A stretch of DNA of 64,000 nt from Candidatus Poseidoniaceae archaeon (GTDB taxonomy: Archaea > Thermoplasmatota > Poseidoniia > Poseidoniales > Poseidoniaceae). Below are positions 56,950 through 64,000 of this stretch, piece after piece. Under the pieces are notes generated by a model. That model saw only the letters and a program-made list of their open reading frames with translations, did not search any database and had not been told where the DNA came from. The position numbers and the translations under genes were made by a program. The stretch is from positions 10,495 through 74,494 of the forward strand of contig JASLKC010000057.1 of assembly GCA_030747785.1 (NCBI GenBank), written 5' to 3'. Position 1 is the first letter of the stretch. Every line of letters starts with the position of its first letter.

Positions 56950-58170
56950 TCAAGATAGAGATGCAACCAAGTCTTCACGCTTGAATTGACGAGCAGCATA
57001 CCATGCTGCAAAGCCGGCATACAATGCACTCGAGATTGCCCAAATAGCCACGTGATCAACAATAATACGGTCGAGTAATAATTCCCTCATTGCGAGTAGG
57101 ATATTGACTAGTGGTACTGCATACCACCAGGACTCGACTCCGTCGAGGTTGATGATTTGGGTGAATAATGCAGGGAAAATGATAATCAAAATCGCTGGAC
57201 CCAATAGGGTTCCAGCCTCTTTCACACTATGCGCTTTCATGGCGATTGCTAATTCAAATGCTACAACCATTACTGCGAAGATAACTACCGCGAATAGGAG
57301 CAGCAGACCTGCTCCAAGAGATATTGTCGGTACTCCAAGAGAAGTTGCCGACGCGAGATATGTAATCGCAAATATCAACCCACCAATCTGCAATCCTACA
57401 CCCACACTCGTAATCGTAGCCACTGCTAACCATTTACCAGCAAGTAGTTCGATTCGGGTACATGGCAGGCATAGTAAGGCCTCAAGCGTCCCTCTTTCAC
57501 GTTCTCCTGCCGTCATATCAATGGCGGGTTGTATTGCGCTAGTTGCAGTCCAAATGGCCAGAACCATCGGAATGAACATCGAAAGCGCAAGACCAGCCTT
57601 TTCTCCGCTTGTTGCGGCGTTGGCTGCATCCTCATCTCCTTCCCATCGTACTGGGTCAAGAGTTTCCTCTGGGTCCAAACCTGCATCGGTCAATGTTCTA
57701 TTGATGACAGATTGCTCCCAATAATACAATTCAGTAAGTATTCTACTTCGTGCTTCTCGTGAATGCTCAGAGGTTGATAATTGGATTACCGAGTAATTCC
57801 AGGTGTCATCTCCTGTTTGCTTCAACCGGAGAATAGCGTCGACTTCACCACTTCGTAATCTTTCGATATCAGATGAGGGGTCGGATAGATTTTCCATATC
57901 AACAGGGAATGTACCCATCGTTATGTCCAATTTTTGTTCGCTTAATGACGTGTTTAGTTCATCGTCAAAAGCGCCTTGCCACTCCACATCTAATCGCAGC
58001 GCATCAAGCTCTGCTGCTTCGCTTTCCAGCAATAATGGAAGAGCGATAAATAGAATTGGAAATAATAGTAGAGGAATCAGAATTATCGCAATTAGAGTTC
58101 TCCAATCACGAACGAACTCGACAATCTCTTTCTTAGCAATACTACGAATGGTACGGAATGAATTACTCAT
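56950..58170 (-). CDS. ABC-2 transporter permease (NatB-like)
   Basis: 'KKEIVEFVRDWRT', 'AIDMTAGERERGTLEALL', 'LAGKWLAV', 'FKRE'. Confidence 0.85.
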   Translation of the reverse strand: MSNSFRTIRSIAKKEIVEFVRDWRTLIAIILIPLLLFPILFIALPLLLESEAAELDALRLDVEWQGAFDDELNTSLSEQKLDITMGTFPVDMENLSDPSSDIERLRSGEVDAILRLKQTGDDTWNYSVIQLSTSEHSREARSRILTELYYWEQSVINRTLTDAGLDPEETLDPVRWEGDEDAANAATSGEKAGLALSMFIPMVLAIWTATSAIQPAIDMTAGERERGTLEALLCLPCTRIELLAGKWLAVATITSVGVGLQIGGLIFAITYLASATSLGVPTISLGAGLLLLFAVVIFAVMVVAFELAIAMKAHSVKEAGTLLGPAILIIIFPALFTQIINLDGVESWWYAVPLVNILLAMRELLLDRIIVDHVAIWAISSALYAGFAAWYAARQFKREDLVASLS

Positions 58171-58987
58171 CTTCGCCCACCTCCACAGCAGGTGTACGGC
58201 CAGTTAGGAATAGCCTCCACCATCTTGCAATACGCCCTTCTTTCTGGTTATCCTCAGAACGGGACCGTGCCTTATCGCTAGTCAGAGCAACATAGGCATC
58301 CTCTAGGCTTTCCTTGCCGGTTTGGCCCATCAAATCCTCAGGCGAGCCATCTGCACGAACTGTACCGTTGTGTACGATAATAATGCGGTCACATACTTGG
58401 CGTGCTTCAGCCAGATGGTGAGTAGAATAGATCACAGTACCTCCTTCGTCACGTAATTTACCAACAAGTGACCTAACTGTCCGGGCACTTGTCACATCAA
58501 GGCCAGCAGTAGGCTCATCGAGAAGAAGGATGTCTGGTCCGTGTGCAAGCGCTCGCAAGAGTGCAGTTTTTTGGCGCATACCTCTGCTGAATCCTTTGGT
58601 ATGTCGGCCAAGTGAATCCTCAATTGACAGAAGTTTGGCAAAATGCGCAGTACGATTCCAAGCGACCTCATCATCAATACCGTGTATTCGGGAGTGGAAT
58701 CTAATATTCTCCCATGCAGTTAGGCGATGATACAATCCTGTAGCTTCGGGGACAACTCCGAGTTTAGAACGCATATTGGTAACAGGCAAGCCTTGGAATG
58801 TGATTGAACCATTAGTGGGCTCCATTACTCCAGCCATCAGTCGCAAGAGCGTGGTCTTCCCAGCGCCATTCCCACCGACTAATCCGATAACCTGACCTGA
58901 ATTAATCTCAAGATCGATGAGGGATAAAGCCTCGACATCACCAAAGTGTTTGGCAACCCCTTCGATACTCAGAAGAGCGTCTGCCAT
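58163..58987 (-). CDS. ABC transporter ATP-binding protein (NatA-like)
   Basis: Walker A 'GGNGAGKTT', signature 'FSRGMRQK', Walker B 'LLLDEP', 'STH'. Confidence 0.92.
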   Translation of the reverse strand: MADALLSIEGVAKHFGDVEALSLIDLEINSGQVIGLVGGNGAGKTTLLRLMAGVMEPTNGSITFQGLPVTNMRSKLGVVPEATGLYHRLTAWENIRFHSRIHGIDDEVAWNRTAHFAKLLSIEDSLGRHTKGFSRGMRQKTALLRALAHGPDILLLDEPTAGLDVTSARTVRSLVGKLRDEGGTVIYSTHHLAEARQVCDRIIIVHNGTVRADGSPEDLMGQTGKESLEDAYVALTSDKARSRSEDNQKEGRIARWWRLFLTGRTPAVEVGEDE

Positions 58988-58996
58988 AAGGCTCGC

Positions 58997-59296
58997 TCAC
59001 CTTCCACCTTCAACAGCCTTGTCCAAACCAGGGTGTTTCTCTTCGAGTCTATCGGCTCTTCCCACTTGTTGGTGAAGTAAATCCTGAACTTCCTTTTGTG
59101 AAACTCCCATATCGATGTGATTGGCAATCATTTCTAGTGCTCCTTGAATGGCACCAGCATCTAGGAATGCATCATTGGTAATCAAGTCGTCATGAAGACA
59201 TTGTTCCAACCTAGAAACGACGTATTCGGATTCACCTCTGACATGAGGTGCATCTAGATGCGGATGGTCGATTAGTCTGTCAAGGCAGGTACGCAT
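58997..59296 (-). CDS. Hypothetical protein
   Basis: About 100-aa ORF co-oriented with and 9 nt from the ABC ATPase gene. Confidence 0.55.
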   Translation of the reverse strand: MRTCLDRLIDHPHLDAPHVRGESEYVVSRLEQCLHDDLITNDAFLDAGAIQGALEMIANHIDMGVSQKEVQDLLHQQVGRADRLEEKHPGLDKAVEGGR

Positions 59297-59344
59297 CAAA
59301 TAGCGGCCAGACTATACACCTATGAGTGCTTCTGAAAGCAATAT

Positions 59345-59758
59345 TCACTTTTCAGTAAGTTCGACCAGAACTCCACCTGTGCTCTTAGGGTGGACAAATG
59401 CAATCTTCGCGCCATGAGCGCCAATTTTAGGCACGGAATCTATCATTCTAATTCCGTTCTCCAGAAGATAGGAGATCATATTCTCAAGATTCTCTACTCT
59501 GAAACAAACTTGCTGAACTCCTGGACCTCTTGAAGCGAGGAAACGACCAACGGGTGTATCTTCTCCAGTTGGTTCAAGTAACTCGATCATTGGAGCGCTA
59601 GGATTATCATTTGATGTAGCAAAGAATCGCGTAGTGACTCCTTGTTCGTCAACTCTGGCATCCGTTTCACCTTGGCTTAATCCAATTAGGCGCCAAAAAT
59701 TACTAGCGGCTTCCAAGTCATCGCAGGCGATTCCGATATGGTCAAGATAAACTTTCAT
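59345..59758 (-). CDS. mce: Methylmalonyl-CoA epimerase
   Basis: 'LDHIGIA', 'IELLEP', 'FL..RGPG', 'GAHG..IAFVHPKSTGGVLVEL'; adjacent to the mutase. Confidence 0.92.
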   Translation of the reverse strand: MKVYLDHIGIACDDLEAASNFWRLIGLSQGETDARVDEQGVTTRFFATSNDNPSAPMIELLEPTGEDTPVGRFLASRGPGVQQVCFRVENLENMISYLLENGIRMIDSVPKIGAHGAKIAFVHPKSTGGVLVELTEK

Positions 59759-59760
59759 TT

Positions 59761-61323
59761 CTATACCCCCGATGGTGCCATCCATGTGCCAAAAATTTCC
59801 TTCATGGCATTCATTATCTCTCCCAAGGTGCAATCCGCCTTGAGAGCATTTACTACGAGAGGGAATAGATTTTCATCGGTTTTCGCCCCATTGGTTATGG
59901 CTTCCAATGCGGCCATTGCCTCATCATTATTCCTGTTTGAACGGAGATTTGCCAACTTGGATTTCTGCCTCTCACCGAGAGTTGGATCAGGCTTCAATAG
60001 TGGCGGCATACCCTCTTCTTCGAGGAGTCCATGATTTACACCTACGATAAGGCGGTCTCCGCTTTCTACCTGCGATTGATGACTCCATGCCGACTCGTGA
60101 ATCTCACGTTGTTGGTGTCCGGCTTCTATGGCGGCCATAGCACCCCCGAGTTTTTCAATTTCGAGAATCTGTTCCATGGCTTGTGAATAGATTGTATCTG
60201 TTAACTCCTCTACGAGGTAAGATCCTCCTAATGGGTCAACAACATTTGCAGCGCCACTTTCTTCAGCGATAATTTGCTGTGTACGCAATGCTACTGTAGC
60301 ACTTTCTTCAGTAGGAAGTCCAAGTGCTTCGTCATAGGAATTAGTGTGCAGGCTTTGAGTTCCACCGCAAACAGCAGCTAATGCCTGAATTGTCACACGG
60401 GCAATATTGTTGAGCGGCTGTTGGGCTGTAAGTGAAACTCCTGCGACCTGAGTATGGAATCTCAGCATCGCACTTTTTGGGTCGGAAGGTGAATATCGTG
60501 TTGTGATTAAATCGTGCCATAATCGTCGTGCTGCACGGAATTTACTCGCCTCTTCAAAGAAGTCATTATGGCAATTGAAAAAGAAGGAAATACGTGGCGC
60601 AAATATGTCAATATCAAGTCCCTTTTCAACTGCGGCCTCAACATATGCCAAGGCGTTTGCAAGGGTGAAGGCGACCTCCTGTACTGCAGTTGAACCGGCT
60701 TCCCTAATGTGATAACCAGAGATTGAAATCGTATTCCAGGCTGGAATATTTTCTGCGCAATGTTCGAAAACATCGGTAATCAGTCGCATTGAAGGAGATG
60801 GTGGGAACACATATGTTCCTCTTGCAATATACTCCTTCAGGATGTCATTTTGAATAGTCCCCCTTACCTCTTCTTGACTAACACCTTGTTCTTCAGCGAT
60901 TGCTACATACATTGCAAGTAGAACCATTGCTGGAGAATTAATGGTCATCGATGTAGAAACTTTGTCCAGTGGAATTCCAGATAGTAGAGTTCTCATGTCG
61001 TCCAGGCAAGAAATCGACACTCCTACTTTGCCGACTTCTCCTTCACTCAGTTCGTCATCCGCATCCAATCCCAATTGCGTGGGTAGATCAAAAGCAACAG
61101 ACAGCCCCTTCTGCCCTCTTTCAAGGAGTAATTTGAAGCGTTCATTTGTTTCTTCAGCACTACTGAAACCAGCATATTGGCGCATGGTCCACAAGCGTGA
61201 ACGGTACATCGTATCGTAAATTCCGCGAGTATATGGAGGTGAACCTGCTTCATCAGGTCCAGAAATCCGAGGGAGTTCAATACCCCCTAGGGTCTGCCAA
61301 TCTTCCCGTCGCTGGCCAGCCAT
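59761..61323 (-). CDS. Methylmalonyl-CoA mutase, large (substrate-binding) subunit
   Basis: 'PYTRG', 'WTMRQYAGF', 'GLSVAFDLPTQ', 'GTIQNDILKEY', 'SISGYHIREAG', 'QSLHTNSYDEA'. No cobalamin-binding domain. Confidence 0.93.
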   Translation of the reverse strand: MAGQRREDWQTLGGIELPRISGPDEAGSPPYTRGIYDTMYRSRLWTMRQYAGFSSAEETNERFKLLLERGQKGLSVAFDLPTQLGLDADDELSEGEVGKVGVSISCLDDMRTLLSGIPLDKVSTSMTINSPAMVLLAMYVAIAEEQGVSQEEVRGTIQNDILKEYIARGTYVFPPSPSMRLITDVFEHCAENIPAWNTISISGYHIREAGSTAVQEVAFTLANALAYVEAAVEKGLDIDIFAPRISFFFNCHNDFFEEASKFRAARRLWHDLITTRYSPSDPKSAMLRFHTQVAGVSLTAQQPLNNIARVTIQALAAVCGGTQSLHTNSYDEALGLPTEESATVALRTQQIIAEESGAANVVDPLGGSYLVEELTDTIYSQAMEQILEIEKLGGAMAAIEAGHQQREIHESAWSHQSQVESGDRLIVGVNHGLLEEEGMPPLLKPDPTLGERQKSKLANLRSNRNNDEAMAALEAITNGAKTDENLFPLVVNALKADCTLGEIMNAMKEIFGTWMAPSGV

Positions 61324-61337
61324 TCGGCTTATCTCCA

Positions 61338-61820
61338 TCAGTGGTGGTGTCCACCCGGTCCATGAGCATGACCGTGGGCAACCTCATCTTCGGTAGCATC
61401 TCTGAGGTCAACAACCTCGACGCTGAAGTGTAGTGTTTTTCCTGCAAGTTTGTGATTAAAATCAACCTTTACAGAGTCGCCTTCCACTTCTATGACTGTA
61501 AATGGGCCTGCATCACTCATTAGAACCATACCTGCTTCTGGAGTAATGTCTCCGAACATATTTGCTTCAACAGAAACGATACCTTCCTCATCATACTCAC
61601 CATATGCATCCTCAGGTGCTAGTGTAAATTCGACTTTATCGCCAACTTTAGCACCCATTAATGCGGCCTCAAAACCAGGAATCATTTGCTTGTGTCCCAC
61701 GAGGAAGGTGAGAGGGTCACGATCCACGCTTGAATCGAAGGTCTCACCGGAGTCGGGAAGTGTGCCTGTATAGTGGACTGTTGCCACCTTATCTTGTCCA
61801 ATTTCTGTCATATCAATCAT
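61338..61820 (-). CDS. slyD: FKBP-type peptidyl-prolyl isomerase, SlyD-like with His-rich tail
   Basis: 'VHYTG', 'FDSS', 'IPGFE', 'PEDAYG', 'VDFNHKLAGKTLHF', tail 'HGHAHGPGGHHH'. Confidence 0.88.
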   Translation of the reverse strand: MIDMTEIGQDKVATVHYTGTLPDSGETFDSSVDRDPLTFLVGHKQMIPGFEAALMGAKVGDKVEFTLAPEDAYGEYDEEGIVSVEANMFGDITPEAGMVLMSDAGPFTVIEVEGDSVKVDFNHKLAGKTLHFSVEVVDLRDATEDEVAHGHAHGPGGHHH

Positions 61821-62686
61821 CTCTTTGTTGTATATTTTCGAACTAACTTTCGGAATTCATCTGCGATATCCTTAGGGATTATGAGTTCAGCTTCTTTTTG
61901 GTCGATGAATTCAATAGCATCTTCAACACCGATCCTTTCGCCCTTAGCCCAAATTTGTCCTAGTACATTTGAGCGATGTTCTTCGCTAATTTCTGAATTA
62001 TCAAGCAAGTCCTTTGCAACATACTTGTACTCCAGATATTTGCGACGGTCGAGTTTACGAGTTTGAGGTTGTCTTCCCCCTCCACGCTTGTCTCCAGGGC
62101 GCCTTCGCTTTGGCCTTCTGTCAGACTTTATGGGAGCGGTCTTAATCGTCTTGAATACATTAGCAACCGCTGGTCTTAATTCAGGTCTTTCTGGGAAAAT
62201 AGGTTCCATTAGCTCCTCAATTTCAAGTTCTTCAACCTGAATCTCGGGTGCTGCAACGACTTCTTCAGTTTCGGCAACGACTTCTTTCTTATCATCAGCA
62301 GCCTTTGCAGCAAATGCTGCGGTTGCAGCGGACTTAGCGCGTAATTGTGCAAGCCTGTCCTCTCGTGTATCAGAAGTCTGGGGTATAGATGCTGGCGGAG
62401 GCGCGACCTTTGGTTGAGGTGAATTTTTGCGTGTAGGTTTTTTTTCTTTGACCTCTGCAGGAGCTGCGCTTGCTTTTTTAGCGTCTTCCTGACGTTTCTT
62501 CAAGGCTTCCATTGCAGCCTTTTGCTTCGCAGCAAGGTCATTCGAAGGTGCAACATTTTTCTGCTCAGGACGAGCACGTTGCGTCTTGTTACGAGATGCT
62601 TGTTGGTCTTTGCGAACTTTTGATTTTTGACTAGCATTGGGTGCAAAGGGATTGAATGGCTCATCCTTGCGCCTTCGCCTGTCCAT
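61817..62686 (-). CDS. Hypothetical protein (low-complexity basic N-terminus, compact C-terminal domain)
   Basis: Lys/Ala/Pro-rich region followed by 'KYLEYKY...SNVLGQIWAKGER.G...A'. Overlaps the slyD start. Confidence 0.6.
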   Translation of the reverse strand: MDRRRRKDEPFNPFAPNASQKSKVRKDQQASRNKTQRARPEQKNVAPSNDLAAKQKAAMEALKKRQEDAKKASAAPAEVKEKKPTRKNSPQPKVAPPPASIPQTSDTREDRLAQLRAKSAATAAFAAKAADDKKEVVAETEEVVAAPEIQVEELEIEELMEPIFPERPELRPAVANVFKTIKTAPIKSDRRPKRRRPGDKRGGGRQPQTRKLDRRKYLEYKYVAKDLLDNSEISEEHRSNVLGQIWAKGERIGVEDAIEFIDQKEAELIIPKDIADEFRKLVRKYTTKR

Positions 62687-62728
62687 GTTTCGGGGCACGT
62701 AGAGGCCCTTATGACCCTTGGCATATAC

Positions 62729-63742
62729 TTAGGGCCATGAAACCGGAGTCTGGTCGGTTCTCATTTCTTGGTCAACACCACTTTCCATCAGTTCTGTGCG
62801 GCGTCCATGCTTAATTTCAAGCCACCCAAGACGGGCAATCATTGTGCCATTGTCAATGCAATACATACGTGGTGGAACATGACTCTTTGCTTCTCTTTCG
62901 CTACACATGATTTCACACATATCTCTGAGTCGTTGATTGCATGCAACACCACCGCCAAGTAATACCTCTGATTTGCCAGTGTGAGCAAGTGCTCTTTCCG
63001 CAACCTCGATACTAGCGGCAAATGCATGTTCTTGCAAACTCCAGCATACTGCCTCCAAGGGATTACCTTCGCGAATTAGTCTATTTGCAGCACCAAGAAT
63101 ACCAGAAAATGCAAGATCCATGCCATGAACTGCATATGGTAATTCCAAACCCTCAAGACTAGCATCGGGATGCTTCTTTAGCCACTCAAGAGCCTTTTTT
63201 TCCACAACAGGTCCACCCGGGAAAGGGATGCCCTGGCCCCGTGCAAATTTGTCGAGCATATTTCCAATTCCTATATCCAGAGTTTCACCTAGAACTCTGT
63301 ATCTCCCATCTAAGCGGGCAATAACTTGGGTATTTCCTCCACTGACATATAGGAGGACAGGGTCATCACAACCACATTGTTCTCTACCAATTTCAATGTG
63401 GGCTACGCAATGATTAACTCCAATCAAATCGACATCTAGGTGAGAGGAAATCGCTCTTGCAGCAGCGGCTCCCGTACGAAGACAAGGACCCATCCCAGGT
63501 CCTTGTGAGTATGCAATTGTAGAAAGGTCACTGGATTTGAGGCCTTCACGAACAAGTAGTTCGCTCAATAAGCGTGTAGATTGCTCAACATGGTGGTCTG
63601 CGGCCTCTCTAGGATGAATTCCCCCCTCATCTGGACGTAAAGTATCTGATGATGAAGGCCGCGGTGTCCCATCTGGACCTACTAGGCCAAATGAAAAAGT
63701 ATGGGCTGTGGACTCGATACCAAGTACCCAACCTTCGCCCAT
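62729..63742 (-). CDS. kae1: tRNA N6-threonylcarbamoyladenosine synthase Kae1
   Basis: 'LGIESTAHT', 'GGIHPREAADHH', 'GPGMGPCL', 'VNHCVAHIE', 'YVSGGNT', 'GGVACN', 'DNGTMIA'. Confidence 0.95.
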   Translation of the reverse strand: MGEGWVLGIESTAHTFSFGLVGPDGTPRPSSSDTLRPDEGGIHPREAADHHVEQSTRLLSELLVREGLKSSDLSTIAYSQGPGMGPCLRTGAAAARAISSHLDVDLIGVNHCVAHIEIGREQCGCDDPVLLYVSGGNTQVIARLDGRYRVLGETLDIGIGNMLDKFARGQGIPFPGGPVVEKKALEWLKKHPDASLEGLELPYAVHGMDLAFSGILGAANRLIREGNPLEAVCWSLQEHAFAASIEVAERALAHTGKSEVLLGGGVACNQRLRDMCEIMCSEREAKSHVPPRMYCIDNGTMIARLGWLEIKHGRRTELMESGVDQEMRTDQTPVSWP

Positions 63743-63797
63743 GATTGACTTCGCTGTACGCATATGCTATCAAACCCGATGCTATCTCGCCAAATAC

Positions 63798-64000
63798 ATG
63801 CAGAGGCTTCTAATCAATGCCGGCCCCATTGTCCACCTTGCGGGGGTGGGCTCCTTATCCGGCCATAGCATGGTCGATGAAGCCCATATTTTGCCCGAAG
63901 GAATGGGCATTTTAATCGATGGTCACACTATTTCAAAAATAGATGCTTCAGATGTCTTGCTTGCAGAATTCTCCGATGCCCTAGTGCATGACCTCGAGGG
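63798..64000 (+). CDS. N-terminus of an amidohydrolase (imidazolonepropionase-like), truncated by window edge
   Basis: MQRLLINAGPIVHL...GMGILIDGHTISKI...VHDLEG is open to the window end and matches the amidohydrolase N-terminal beta pattern. The metal-binding HxH is not yet visible. Confidence 0.5.
   Translation, partial: MQRLLINAGPIVHLAGVGSLSGHSMVDEAHILPEGMGILIDGHTISKIDASDVLLAEFSDALVHDLE

Noticed and set aside
56690..56950. preQ1 riboswitch upstream of the que operon
   Set aside because: The space is occupied by the RHH ORF and its promoter, and no preQ1 aptamer pattern was recognised.
19669..57724. Long antisense ORFs such as 19669-20301, 30743-31474, 32892-33626, 47621-48292 and 57104-57724
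   Set aside because: They are shadow frames opposite well-supported genes, with Ser/Ile/Pro-rich translations and no motifs.
1..64000. tRNA genes, IS elements and integrases
   Set aside because: Intergenic gaps are short, and I recognised no cloverleaf, transposase or recombinase motif by eye. A covariance-model scan would be needed to exclude tRNAs fully.

Overview
Gene-dense archaeal chromosomal segment with no rRNA, tRNA, CRISPR or mobile element that I can support. The archaeal assignment rests on rps19e/rpl39e/rpl31e/rps17e, Kae1, archease, tRNA splicing endonuclease, geranylgeranyl reductase and an archaeal-type SRP RNA. The mix of these with bacterial-type enzymes (TopB, PntAB, class 2 PyrD, FolE, MqnC, SlyD) and large acidic secreted proteins suggests Marine Group II Thermoplasmatota (Ca. 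Poseidoniales); this is an inference. About 60 CDS were called, including four absent from the ORF track: rpl39e, a 56-aa RHH regulator, a 56-aa two-TM protein and a partial amidohydrolase. Main observations: (1) an RHH-led folE-queE-queC-queD operon whose QueC lacks its Zn-binding cysteines and is fused in frame to an intact MsrB domain; (2) a TatC fused to a Cys-rich domain resembling the HdrA N-terminus, beside a twin-Arg CxCH membrane protein; (3) a non-canonical TT(C/G)A(A/T)N box about 25-31 nt upstream of about 15 starts, often followed by a short GC-rich palindrome; (4) a 1084-aa membrane-anchored protein with about 10 copies of an unrecognised helical repeat and two YfaP-like domains; (5) a lipoprotein with TSP3-like repeats and a PNGase F domain; (6) a surface protein / 2-TM peptide / PqqD-like trio; (7) an HldE-like probable pseudokinase. 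All calls come from reading motifs by eye; no searches were run.
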